A stretch of DNA of 64,000 nucleotides from assembly GCA_902799835.1 (NCBI GenBank), contig CADCCF010000005.1, positions 193,722-257,721 on the forward strand, given 5' to 3'. The stretch comes from an uncultured Pseudomonadota bacterium. GTDB lineage: Bacteria > Pseudomonadota > Alphaproteobacteria > RF32 > CAG-239. Numbering within the stretch: the stretch's first letter is position 1; every line of letters starts with the position of its first letter. Shown here piece by piece: positions 37,401 to 46,989 of the stretch. The position numbers and the translations under genes are program-made. Below the pieces are notes generated by a model. It saw only the letters and a program-made list of their open reading frames with translations. It was not told the origin of the DNA and did no database searches.

Positions 37401-38132
37401 ATGGAAAAAGAAGAAGAGAGCTTTGTTGATACAATAAAAACAGTAATCTATGCCATTCTTATAGCTGTGGTTATCAGAAGTTTGTGGTTTGAACCGTTTA
37501 AGATTCCTTCCGGATCAATGTATCCTACGCTTTATGTCGGTGATTATTTGTTTGTCTCAAAATATACCTATGGTTATTCTCGCCATTCTTTGCCGTTTAG
37601 TTTGCCTTTGTTCAAAGGTCGTATCTGGAGTGATAATCCTCAACGCGGTGATGTTATCGTTTTCAAAAATCCTCAAGATAATTCTACCGATTTTATCAAA
37701 CGCGTCATCGGTTTGCCAAAAGATAAAATAAAATTGGAAAAAGGTCGCCTGTTTATCAATGGCAAAAAATTGGAGCGCAAGAACAAAGATGACTTTATAA
37801 TCCGCAACCATTATGGAGCCAGTGAGCACTACAATCGTTATATTGAGGTTTTACCGGAGGGCAAAGAGCACTACATCTTAGAAGTTTCCGATAATGAGCC
37901 CAATGACAATTTTATGGAAGTTGAAGTTCCTGAAGGACATTATTTTATGATGGGTGACAATCGTGATCGCTCAGATGACAGCCGTGTTAATGTCGGATTT
38001 GTGCCATTGGAAAACATGGTTGGCAAAGCTAGATTTTTATTCTATTCTCATAATGACGAAGGTGCATGGTATCTGCCTTGGACTTGGCCCAAGAAAATTC
38101 GTTGGTCACGTTTATTCAACATAATTAACTGA
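37401..38132 (+). CDS. lepB: Signal peptidase I
   Basis: IPSGSMYPTL and GDNRDRSDDSR boxes are present. Confidence 0.9.
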   Translation: MEKEEESFVDTIKTVIYAILIAVVIRSLWFEPFKIPSGSMYPTLYVGDYLFVSKYTYGYSRHSLPFSLPLFKGRIWSDNPQRGDVIVFKNPQDNSTDFIKRVIGLPKDKIKLEKGRLFINGKKLERKNKDDFIIRNHYGASEHYNRYIEVLPEGKEHYILEVSDNEPNDNFMEVEVPEGHYFMMGDNRDRSDDSRVNVGFVPLENMVGKARFLFYSHNDEGAWYLPWTWPKKIRWSRLFNIIN

Positions 38133-38137
38133 TAAAA

Positions 38138-38788
38138 ATGACAAGAAAACTGCAAGAAATATTACAATATCAATTTAAAAATGAAGAATTGCTCAAAAAA
38201 GCGATTACTCACAGCAGTATCAACTCGCATGTTGATGGCAATTATGAGCGTTTGGAGTTTTTGGGTGATCGAGTTTTAGGGGTTGCAACCGCATCATTGT
38301 TATATCGTATCTTTCCGCAAGAGCCGGAAGGTAGTCTTTCACAACGTTTTGTCCGTTTGGTTTGCAAAGAAACAGTTGCTGAAATGGCGCTCAGTTTAAA
38401 GCTCAATCACTTTATGAAAGTTTTATCTGATGACTTGCGTCACAATGATAATGTTTTATGTGATGTGATGGAAGCAGTAATCGGAGCTATTTATATTGAT
38501 GGTGGTATTGATGCCGCAGTTGACTTTGTCAGCAATCATTGGCGGGAATTGATTGATAAAAATACCACTCCGCCCAAAGATGCCAAAACCGCTTTACAGG
38601 AATGGGCTCAACATTATGGTTTGCCTATGCCGGAATATCGGGTTATGCACCGTGAGGGAAGCGAACATGAGCCCATATTTGTGATTGAAGTAGCAATTGG
38701 TCAAAAAAAAGCCTCAGGTCAGGGACATAACAAAAAACAAGCAGAATTTGCGGCTGCCAAAGCGCTGTTAGAATTGGTGCAGAAATGA
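38138..38788 (+). CDS. rnc: Ribonuclease III
   Basis: It has the signature ERLEFLGDRVLG and a C-terminal dsRBD. Confidence 0.9.
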   Translation: MTRKLQEILQYQFKNEELLKKAITHSSINSHVDGNYERLEFLGDRVLGVATASLLYRIFPQEPEGSLSQRFVRLVCKETVAEMALSLKLNHFMKVLSDDLRHNDNVLCDVMEAVIGAIYIDGGIDAAVDFVSNHWRELIDKNTTPPKDAKTALQEWAQHYGLPMPEYRVMHREGSEHEPIFVIEVAIGQKKASGQGHNKKQAEFAAAKALLELVQK

Positions 38789-39687
38789 GTAATGAAAATA
38801 CCAAATGCGGTTTTGTTGCTTTAATCGGTGCTCCTAATGCCGGAAAATCGACCATAACTAACCACTTTACCGGTTCAAAAGTTTCGATAGTATCACCCAA
38901 AGTACAAACGACACGCACCACGGTTAAAGGAATTGGAATTTGGAAAAATTCTCAAATCATATTTCTTGATACTCCCGGAATCTTCAAACCTAAACGTCGC
39001 TTGGATCGCGCTATGGTCGCTAATGCATGGGATGGTGCCGGCGATGCTGATTTGATAGTTATGGTGGTCGATGCCAAAGCCGGACTTGATGGTGAGAGTA
39101 AAAATATTATTGCAGGACTTCGTCAAAAAAAACAGAAAGCAATTTTACTTATAAATAAGGTCGATTTGGTCAAAAAAGACAGCCTGTTGGAGCTGAGTAT
39201 AAAGCTCAACAATGAATATCCTTTTGCGGAAACTTTTTTTGTTTCGGCATCAACCGGTAAAAATATGGAAATTTTTTATGATTGGCTGGCCGACAATCTG
39301 CCGGATAGTCCTTGGTATTATCCTGAGGATCAGATGTCGGATATGCCGCTCAAGTTGCTGTGTTCGGAAATCGTACGCGAAAAGTTGTTTTTGTATCTGC
39401 AACAAGAAATTCCTTATGAATTGACGGTTGAACCTGAGTTGTGGGAACGTCGTGATGATGGTTCAATCAGAGCCGAAATAACCATCTATGTCAAAAAAGC
39501 CAATCAAAAGATTATTATTTTAGGCAAGGGCGGTCAAATGATTAAAAAAATCGGTATGGCCGCTCGCAAAGAAATGGAATATCTTCTGGAAGATAAAGTG
39601 CATTTATTTTTGTTTGTTAAAGTGCGTGAAAATTGGCAGGAAGATGCTGGAAGATATGCTGTTTGGGGTTTAGACTTTAAGGCTTAA
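38785..39687 (+). CDS. era: GTPase Era
   Basis: G1 motif GAPNAGKST, DTPG and NKVD are present, with a C-terminal KH domain. It follows rnc. Confidence 0.9.
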   Translation: MSNENTKCGFVALIGAPNAGKSTITNHFTGSKVSIVSPKVQTTRTTVKGIGIWKNSQIIFLDTPGIFKPKRRLDRAMVANAWDGAGDADLIVMVVDAKAGLDGESKNIIAGLRQKKQKAILLINKVDLVKKDSLLELSIKLNNEYPFAETFFVSASTGKNMEIFYDWLADNLPDSPWYYPEDQMSDMPLKLLCSEIVREKLFLYLQQEIPYELTVEPELWERRDDGSIRAEITIYVKKANQKIIILGKGGQMIKKIGMAARKEMEYLLEDKVHLFLFVKVRENWQEDAGRYAVWGLDFKA

Positions 39688-39699
39688 ATCTGTTGATGC

Positions 39700-40110
39700 C
39701 CAAAATAAAAATGAAATAGATATTTTCAGGGTTTGGGATTGCGAGCCAAATATTTGCTTTTCAGGTTCGGGCATTATGAGGGCAAGTGAAAAGTTTTGGT
39801 GTTTTGAGCCAGCCGCTAAAAGCTTATTCCGCCGCATGTTCGAGTGGGCGTAAAGCGCCTGCGAGTTCGGCGGAGGCTGCCGAAAAATATCAAAACCGCT
39901 TGACCGAATAGCCCGACGCTTTTTGCGCTACTTTTGTGCGTACAAAAGTAGCTAAAGATATGTTGCCCAAAAGTAACAAGAATTAGCCGAGATCACCGCG
40001 TCGGACTAAAACCCTCATCATGATGACATTAACATATTATTGTTACCATAAAGCGACTGTAAGGAGTGAATTAAATATCTCCTAATTAGAATTTTAGCAC
40101 TCAAAAGAAA
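39700..40110. other. About 400-nt non-coding stretch with conspicuously elevated GC and strong secondary-structure potential (candidate structured RNA or decayed gene remnant)
   Basis: A perfect 11-bp stem GCTACTTTTGT/ACAAAAGTAGC lies at 39927-39952. TCCGCCG...CGGCGGA pairing occurs around 39828-39875. GC is well above the flanking genes. It sits convergent between era and a minus-strand gene. Confidence 0.25.
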
Positions 40111-40152
40111 AGGCTTGGATTGCTCCAAGCCTTTTTATGTTGCTCTTCTGCC

Positions 40153-41652
40153 CTAGTCTTTGTTAAACCAAGAGCACCAACTGTCTGCCAAGCAACCGGT
40201 AGTTGGAATGTAGTTGGCGCTGACATTACATCCAACCGGAGTTCCGCAGACCAAAGTACCGGCACCTTTGACAATTTTCTTCAGGCTGTAGGCATACTGT
40301 GTATCGCCATTGCTAAAGCCTGACATGTTGCCGGGGATGGTTGCATTAGCGTCATTCGGGCAGAAATTACCACAAGATGAGCTGCTTCCCTTATAGGCCT
40401 CAACATAGCCTGCACCGGAATTACAACTGATCAAACAAGCATCACCCAAAGAGAACGCATTATCATTTGTTGTTCCATATAAGTTTCCGTTAGTGTAAGC
40501 ATCATTGGCTGATGTACAATCACACTTTTTGTAGCAATATGCCTGTTCGAAAATCTGTTTGTCAGTCTTAAATCCTTTGAAGCCGATACCTGAAATTTGG
40601 CAAGGAGTAAAGTGTGTTCCGGCATTTGCATATACTGAAAAATCATCTAAGCAAGCATAAGTATGGTAGAAAGCGGCATACACTCCCTCGGCAGGATTTG
40701 AAGCGCAGTTACCTGGTCGCAAAATACCTTCATTAAGAAGGAGACACATGGCCATAAAATTACCATAAGTACCATCCGATTTTATGACCTCTGCACTGGT
40801 TGGCATATTTTCACTACTCATCAAACTCTTAACCTGAAACTTTTCACGATTAAAGCAGGTAAAAGTCTTGTCTTTATCCAAAGTAACGCTTTCTGAAAAA
40901 GCGAAAACAGGCTTTGGAGCTGTATCAGTAGTTATTTCAACCATCTTTCCGCTAAGAGAAACACTCGAAGGAGATTGGAAAGACTTGCCGTTAATAGTAA
41001 AAGTTGAACCGGATTTTTTCAGCAGTGTGTAATTTCCATCTTTACAGGCGATAGATGACTCTTTTACACACAATTTTCCATTGGATAATTTGATTTTTTC
41101 ATAACTAAAAGACTTTTCCGCACCGGAATTTAAAGCTATCTCAATAGTACCTGATGGACAATTACATTCTTTATAATATTCATGCGCTGTGGCTTTACCA
41201 TTGGCACAATCATATAAAGTTTTGTGGTCTCCGCTCAAAACACCAAGTACCCCATTATCCCCTACACAAGTAGCTTGATCAAAAGGATAGGCACTATCGG
41301 ATTCATTGCCGTTTTTGTATTTGTAACAAGTGACATTACTAATCTTCGTGCCATTAGGATTGGTAAAACATCTTTTATCAACATCACTGGCAGGACCGGA
41401 GGTTGTATCATAACCTGAATATTGGCAATAAATAGAACCACATTGTTGCGGATGGTTTTTAGCATAAACAGTATCACAACAGGGACCCGTACAACCATTA
41501 CCATTTTGCATCTCATTTGTAAATGCGTTCTGTACATAGTTTGTAAATGCATTCTGTTTATATTCATTAATTTTTCTGACTTTAGCGTCGGACATCAGTG
41601 GATATAAACACAGCACCGAAGCCAACAATATTATCTTATGACTTGTTTTCAT
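40153..41652 (-). CDS. Secreted cysteine-rich protein (499 aa, about 30 Cys); possible adhesin or effector
   Basis: It has a signal peptide (MKTSHKIILLASVLCLYPLMSDA). An internal short repeat QNAFTN occurs twice. Cysteines are spread across the whole length. No family recognised. Confidence 0.55.
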   Translation of the reverse strand: MKTSHKIILLASVLCLYPLMSDAKVRKINEYKQNAFTNYVQNAFTNEMQNGNGCTGPCCDTVYAKNHPQQCGSIYCQYSGYDTTSGPASDVDKRCFTNPNGTKISNVTCYKYKNGNESDSAYPFDQATCVGDNGVLGVLSGDHKTLYDCANGKATAHEYYKECNCPSGTIEIALNSGAEKSFSYEKIKLSNGKLCVKESSIACKDGNYTLLKKSGSTFTINGKSFQSPSSVSLSGKMVEITTDTAPKPVFAFSESVTLDKDKTFTCFNREKFQVKSLMSSENMPTSAEVIKSDGTYGNFMAMCLLLNEGILRPGNCASNPAEGVYAAFYHTYACLDDFSVYANAGTHFTPCQISGIGFKGFKTDKQIFEQAYCYKKCDCTSANDAYTNGNLYGTTNDNAFSLGDACLISCNSGAGYVEAYKGSSSSCGNFCPNDANATIPGNMSGFSNGDTQYAYSLKKIVKGAGTLVCGTPVGCNVSANYIPTTGCLADSWCSWFNKD

Positions 41653-41832
41653 AATTTTTACCTCCTTTTACGTGAGTGCCGCAACCATATACACCGTGCT
41701 CTGGCCCCCAGTTTTCCTCCATATCTTCTATTGTAACACCACTCTGCGAAAAAAACAACACTTTTCAACATTTAAGAGCGATTCTAGTGAATAAAACTTA
41801 AAAAGGCGTTAAAACACATCAAATATGGTATA

Positions 41833-42552
41833 TCAATCGTTTTTTTCATTCGATTCAGTAGCTGAGTTATCATTACGCGAGTCAATAACTATGTCTGCCT
41901 CAAAATTTTCCTCACCTTCAGAAGCAAAATCATCATCTGACAGGGCATTTCCTTCACTGCTGGGGTTATTATCAGCCTCAATGGTCGGTAAATCTTCATC
42001 TTTTGTTTCAATGTTATTCATATCACTGATTTCGCCGATACTAACCTTAACTTTTTCTTGTCTGACCATCGGTAACTCATCACGCAGAGCCAACTGCTCT
42101 TCATTCAGCAATATGTTGGCATTTTGCTTGGTGTTGTTGTAGCATTTCAACAACCAAACATCATAAATAGGATGTTCAACCGCGCTCAAAGCCGGTGTTG
42201 AAGAAAACATCCAACCTTTGAAAATATTTACCGGATTGTCCGATTCGTAATTATCAACAACATCAATAAATGCGGTGTCTTCAGGCGTCTCTTCCGGAGA
42301 ATGGGTAACACATTTGCGTGCCAAAATCGAAAAACTGCCGAAATTGGCGATTCCATTCACCGGAACATCAATTTCCGTAACATGTCCGGTTATCTTGTCC
42401 ATTGCCTGCATTCGAGCTGTGTTCATGGCAATATCATCACCATACGCCACCGACAGTACCGCCAGTTCGCTCAAGGTTGATATTGCCAAAAACAATCCGA
42501 TTTTATTCATCGCCGGTAACCATAAATACAACTTCGCTGACCAAATCTTCAA
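41833..42552 (-). CDS. Secreted hypothetical protein with an extremely acidic C-terminal tail
   Basis: A probable signal peptide (MNKIGLFLAISTLSELAVLSVAYG) is present. The C-terminus is rich in Asp, Glu, Ser and Asn. Confidence 0.4.
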   Translation of the reverse strand: MKIWSAKLYLWLPAMNKIGLFLAISTLSELAVLSVAYGDDIAMNTARMQAMDKITGHVTEIDVPVNGIANFGSFSILARKCVTHSPEETPEDTAFIDVVDNYESDNPVNIFKGWMFSSTPALSAVEHPIYDVWLLKCYNNTKQNANILLNEEQLALRDELPMVRQEKVKVSIGEISDMNNIETKDEDLPTIEADNNPSSEGNALSDDDFASEGEENFEADIVIDSRNDNSATESNEKND

Positions 42553-43027
42553 TAGTCTTAAAATCTTTGGTGTTTTGCAATTGATCGCCGTCTTTTAAGA
42601 CTTCTTCGGCATGACCGGGATCAATTTTTATAAATTTGTCGCCCATCAGACCATCCGAAACAATTGCTGCCACACTGTCAGTGGGCAATTTAATGTTCGA
42701 TGCGATACTCATTGTTACCTTAGCGGTATAATCTTCTTCATCGAGTCTTTGACTGACAACCGTGCCAATCTTAATGCCGTTAATACGAACGTCAGATCCC
42801 ACATTCAAGCCGCCGACTTTTAAGAAAGTGGCATTGATATTGTATCCTTTAACTACCTGTAAATCCGATACCGAATAGGCAAAATAGCAAAATACCGCAA
42901 CCAAAAGCAAAACTGCAATTCCCATAATGGTTTCAACCGGTCTCTTAAAAGCAAAAATATCAATTTTACTCATCGTTCTTCTTCTCCTCAATTTTCTCTT
43001 TTTTACCTTGGCGTTTGGCTTTGCCAA
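42503..43027 (-). CDS. mlaD: MlaD/MCE-domain protein (paralog 2)
   Basis: It has an N-terminal TM segment followed by an MCE domain (VKGYNINATFLKVGGLNVGSDVRINGIKIGTV). Confidence 0.7.
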   Translation of the reverse strand: MAKPNAKVKKRKLRRRRTMSKIDIFAFKRPVETIMGIAVLLLVAVFCYFAYSVSDLQVVKGYNINATFLKVGGLNVGSDVRINGIKIGTVVSQRLDEEDYTAKVTMSIASNIKLPTDSVAAIVSDGLMGDKFIKIDPGHAEEVLKDGDQLQNTKDFKTIEDLVSEVVFMVTGDE

Positions 43028-43508
43028 TGCCTATAATGCGCTCAATCAACTCTTCCAATACCATAGCATCTTGCGTATAGGAAAATTCATCACCCGGAGC
43101 CAGCATATCTTCCGAGCCGCCCGGTTCAATTTCAATGTATTTTTTGCCCATGATGCTGAAACTGACAATAGCGGCAGAACTGTCATCAGGAAGTTGAATT
43201 TCTTCCTTGATTTCCATTTTTAAGATAGCTTTAAAATTGTCATCTAAAACTGTATCAGTTACACGTCCGACATCAATTCCCGAAAGTCTTACAATATCAC
43301 CGACTTGCAAACCGTCCGTGCGATTAAAACGTGCATACAACTGATAATACTTTCCGTCTTCTTTCGGCGCAATCTCGCTACGCGAAAAGAATATTGCCAA
43401 AAAAATCAGCAAAATCACACCCAAAACCGATAACCCGACTTTAAGATTGCGAGTTTCTTCTTTGGTATATAACTCTATTATTTTCATCTGCAGACTATCC
43501 CAATCCAT
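42966..43508 (-). CDS. mlaD: MlaD/MCE-domain protein (paralog 1)
   Basis: It has a TM segment followed by an MCE domain (YARFNRTDGLQVGDIVRLSGIDVGRVT). Confidence 0.7.
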   Translation of the reverse strand: MDWDSLQMKIIELYTKEETRNLKVGLSVLGVILLIFLAIFFSRSEIAPKEDGKYYQLYARFNRTDGLQVGDIVRLSGIDVGRVTDTVLDDNFKAILKMEIKEEIQLPDDSSAAIVSFSIMGKKYIEIEPGGSEDMLAPGDEFSYTQDAMVLEELIERIIGIGKAKRQGKKEKIEEKKNDE

Positions 43509-43646
43509 ATTTTAAGATTATATCTTGTATAAAACAAAATATTTGTTTTGTCATCAAAGATTTTGAAAAATAAAAATAGTTGTTAAAATTTAAAATAATT
43601 ATGTTATCATAACCGCGATTTATAAAAACAAAAACAAGGATGAATT

Positions 43647-44360
43647 ATGCTTGAGGTCAAGGGGATTCGCAAATATTTAGGGGATAGAGAAATTCTCCGC
43701 GATATCAGTTTTAGTCTTTCAGACAACGGAATAACGGCATTGTTGGGGCCGAACGGAGCCGGCAAAACCACATTGATGCGCCTGCTTATCGGCTTTTATG
43801 AGCCGGATTTTGGGGATATTATCATCAACGGATATTCTTTAGATGCGAATCGCATAAAAGCCGTCAGTCATGTGGCTTATGTTCCTGAAAGCGGGGGTAT
43901 TTATCCGGAAATGACCGTTTTTGAGTATCTCAAGTTTATGGCGGATATAAAGCATGTTACTCAAGCTGATTTTGCTGCCAATTTAGCCGATTTAGCTTCA
44001 TCTTTGGAACTGCACCAGGTTATGGAACAAAAATGTGAAACTTTGTCAAAAGGTTTTTCAAGAAGAGTGGCTATTGCCGGTGCCCTTATTTCTAACCCAA
44101 AGTTTTTGATTTTGGACGAGCCTTGTGAGGGCTTGGATGTTAAGCAAAAAGTCAATTTGCGTGCTTTTTTGAAAAAGCGTAGTCGTTCTTGTGCAATTTT
44201 GATTTCGACTCATATTATGGAAGATGTTGAAGCTATGGCCGATCGCATTTTGCTATTATCATCAGGTCAGCTTATCTGCGATGCCGAACCGCAAGAACTC
44301 AAAAGTAAGGCCAATAAATTAAGTATTGAAGCTTCTTTTTTCTCTTTGGTACAAGGATAA
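43647..44360 (+). CDS. ABC transporter ATP-binding protein (ABC-2/GldA-like)
   Basis: Walker A (GPNGAGKTT), the LSKGFSRR signature and Walker B (LILDEP) are present. Confidence 0.85.
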   Translation: MLEVKGIRKYLGDREILRDISFSLSDNGITALLGPNGAGKTTLMRLLIGFYEPDFGDIIINGYSLDANRIKAVSHVAYVPESGGIYPEMTVFEYLKFMADIKHVTQADFAANLADLASSLELHQVMEQKCETLSKGFSRRVAIAGALISNPKFLILDEPCEGLDVKQKVNLRAFLKKRSRSCAILISTHIMEDVEAMADRILLLSSGQLICDAEPQELKSKANKLSIEASFFSLVQG

Positions 44361-44369
44361 AATTTCATT

Positions 44370-45101
44370 ATGATGTATGATGCTTTAACCTGTTTCTATA
44401 AAGATTTTAAGTTTTATTTTGCCAGTCGCATTATCTATTTGCTGTTGGCACTTTATATATTGATATCAGTAGGCCTGACTTTTTGGGGAACGGACTTTTA
44501 CAACGATTCTACCATTAATTTACAACAATTTTTTGCCAATCAACCTTTGGTTTTTGCTATCATAATTCCAGCTTTAACCATGCGTTCAATTGCTGACGAA
44601 TATCGTGACCATACTCTTGAAATTATTATGGCACAACCGATTAGCCGCCTAGCTTTTGTTTTGGGTAAATTTATGGCAGCTTGGGCAATATGCGGCGTTA
44701 TGCTGATAGCCTCAATGTCATTTTGGTTTTTATTGTCATTTTGGCTTGCTTTGGACAATTTTTGGATTTTGTGGTGTTATGTGGCGGCTTGGATTGCCAG
44801 CGGTACCTTATGCGCTTTATCTCTGTTGGCGGCATCTTTCTTTGCTCATATGCTGAGCGCCTTTGCTTTAAGCTTGGCTGTGTGTTTTTTACTTACTAAC
44901 CTTAATTTAGGTTGGATTGGCGGATTGTTTACCCAACATAGTTTGTTGGCGCTAAAAATTGCCGGATCATTCAGTTTTGCCGCGCAATATGATAATATGA
45001 TATCCGGTCAAATAAGTCTTTCCTCTTTAATGTACTTTGCCTCCACAACAGCCGCATTTGTCTGGTTGACCGGTGCGGTTTTGGATTATAAAAGGAGATA
45101 G
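44370..45101 (+). CDS. ABC-2 type permease (GldF-like)
   Basis: About six TM segments. It follows the ATPase gene. Confidence 0.6.
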   Translation: MMYDALTCFYKDFKFYFASRIIYLLLALYILISVGLTFWGTDFYNDSTINLQQFFANQPLVFAIIIPALTMRSIADEYRDHTLEIIMAQPISRLAFVLGKFMAAWAICGVMLIASMSFWFLLSFWLALDNFWILWCYVAAWIASGTLCALSLLAASFFAHMLSAFALSLAVCFLLTNLNLGWIGGLFTQHSLLALKIAGSFSFAAQYDNMISGQISLSSLMYFASTTAAFVWLTGAVLDYKRR

Positions 45102-46989
45102 TATCTTGTTTTTCAAACAAAAAATCAATTCAGATGGCAAATTGGCGCTGTTGTTTGGCGGAGTTTTGTTGTTGCTCATTATTTTTAATGTATTAAGCGG
45201 ATTACTTTTTGGTTATGTCGCAGCAGATGTTACTGCCGACAAGCGTTATGAGTTGAGCCAGCCGACAATTAATCTTTTGCAAGAAAATAAGGCTCCGATA
45301 ATAATCCGTTTGTATATATCACGCGACCTAAAACAAGCCAGTCCGCGCTATGGTGCTTATGCTGACTATGTAAACCGTATGCTTAATCAGTATGTTGAGT
45401 ATGGCCACAGTCGTATCAAGTTGGAATTAGTCGAGATAACTCCATATTCCAGTGCAGAAATAGCTGCGGAAAAAGTCGGATTGCATCCTCTTGCTATTAC
45501 CGATTCCAGTCATGATGTTTATTTGGGTGCTAATATTATTCACGCTTCCGGTGCTGCTTTGAGTATTCCGGTGTTTGATATCAAACGCAAAAGTATGCTT
45601 GAAGACGATATCAGTCGTTCAATTTCGCGCTTAAATGCCCCCAAAGCTCCGCTTATCGGTATAATCTCACCTTATTTTAATGTGGCATCATCCGGCAAGG
45701 TTATTGCTTTTAATGATGATTGGCCGTTTATCAAACAACTCAAGGCTTTCGGTTTTCGCATTAAACCTTTAGGCTCATCAATGGCATTTATTCCCGAGGA
45801 TATTGATGCGGTTTTACTTTATTACCCGTTAGCATTAAAGCCCCTGAACTTATACGCAATTGATCAGTATTTGTTGCGTGGCGGCAATGTTATGGTTATG
45901 TTAGACGCCTTTTCCGAATTGAAATTTACCGAAAATAACACTTATGATTTGTACGACAGCGGTATGCAGGCTTTTTTGCAAAATTTAGGAGTGGAATATT
46001 ATAACGATATGCTTATCGGCGATTTGCAAAATAATCAAAATGTTATCATTGATGGCAAAAACAGTAGTTATCCGCTCTATCTCAAGGTTTATTCCTCGCA
46101 AATGGCAGCTCATCCGATTACAGCGCGCCTGCATGATTTAAAACTCAATTACAGCTCATTGTTCAATTTTGATGTTTCAAAATCAAAATTGCGCAGCACG
46201 GTTTTATACTCCAGCGGCAAACAAAGCGGTATATTACCGGCGGCATGGGCTTCACAACAGAGTTTCGCCACTCTAAAACAAAAAATAAAGTCTGAAGATA
46301 TGCAATTTCCTCTCGCTTTGTTATTGGAGGGAAATTTTCCGCCTTTTTACCGCGAACCTTTGATTAATAGATCTGAATTGGTGCTCAAAATGCCGTTGTT
46401 TGCTGATCGAGCTCAAAAAGAGGGAAAATTGTTACTGACCGGCGATAGTGATATGGCGGCATGGTCTTTGTGGCGTGGTGGATCCAGTGACGGTAATGCG
46501 CAATTTTTCTCTTCGGATAATATGCTGTTTATACGTAGCGCATTGGATTACTTATCATCCAGTGATTATTCCAATGTCGGTCAGAAATTTCTAACTCAAA
46601 GCAAATACAACCTGAAAGACATAATCAGAATGGCAGCAGAAGATCAAAACACTGACCAGAGAAATATCATTTTGCAACAACTGCAAGATACGCGGCGCCA
46701 AATTAATCAAATTTTTGAGGCATCCTATACCACAGAGTTTGATTTTTCGGTTGGGCGTCAGCAAAAAATAGCTGATTTGCAAAATAATGAACTAACTTTG
46801 GAACAAAGCTTAAAACAGATTGACTATAAAATCCAAGAAGATTATCATCGCTATCGAAAGTATTTTATAGCGGCTATGCTCATATTACCTACTTTATTGG
46901 CAGTTTTGGTGGTTTGGTGTGCATATTGTTGTTATCGTCGCTTTTACCGGTTACAAAAGAGGAAAAAGTTTTATGAAAAAAACAGCTAA
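45073..46989 (+). CDS. GldG-like ABC-transporter auxiliary protein (large periplasmic protein with N- and C-terminal TM anchors)
   Basis: Architecture and position after the ABC-2 ATPase and permease fit. A C-terminal TM segment is present (LILPTLLAVLVVWCAYCCY). Confidence 0.55.
   Translation: MRFWIIKGDSILFFKQKINSDGKLALLFGGVLLLLIIFNVLSGLLFGYVAADVTADKRYELSQPTINLLQENKAPIIIRLYISRDLKQASPRYGAYADYVNRMLNQYVEYGHSRIKLELVEITPYSSAEIAAEKVGLHPLAITDSSHDVYLGANIIHASGAALSIPVFDIKRKSMLEDDISRSISRLNAPKAPLIGIISPYFNVASSGKVIAFNDDWPFIKQLKAFGFRIKPLGSSMAFIPEDIDAVLLYYPLALKPLNLYAIDQYLLRGGNVMVMLDAFSELKFTENNTYDLYDSGMQAFLQNLGVEYYNDMLIGDLQNNQNVIIDGKNSSYPLYLKVYSSQMAAHPITARLHDLKLNYSSLFNFDVSKSKLRSTVLYSSGKQSGILPAAWASQQSFATLKQKIKSEDMQFPLALLLEGNFPPFYREPLINRSELVLKMPLFADRAQKEGKLLLTGDSDMAAWSLWRGGSSDGNAQFFSSDNMLFIRSALDYLSSSDYSNVGQKFLTQSKYNLKDIIRMAAEDQNTDQRNIILQQLQDTRRQINQIFEASYTTEFDFSVGRQQKIADLQNNELTLEQSLKQIDYKIQEDYHRYRKYFIAAMLILPTLLAVLVVWCAYCCYRRFYRLQKRKKFYEKNS

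Noticed and set aside
39700-40110. Assigning the GC-rich island to tmRNA, RNase P RNA or SRP RNA
   Set aside because: Conserved cores are absent on either strand. These are AGTCCGGGC / CCGGCTTA for RNase P, the SRP GGAAGCAGCC domain IV, and the tmRNA tRNA-like 3' end.
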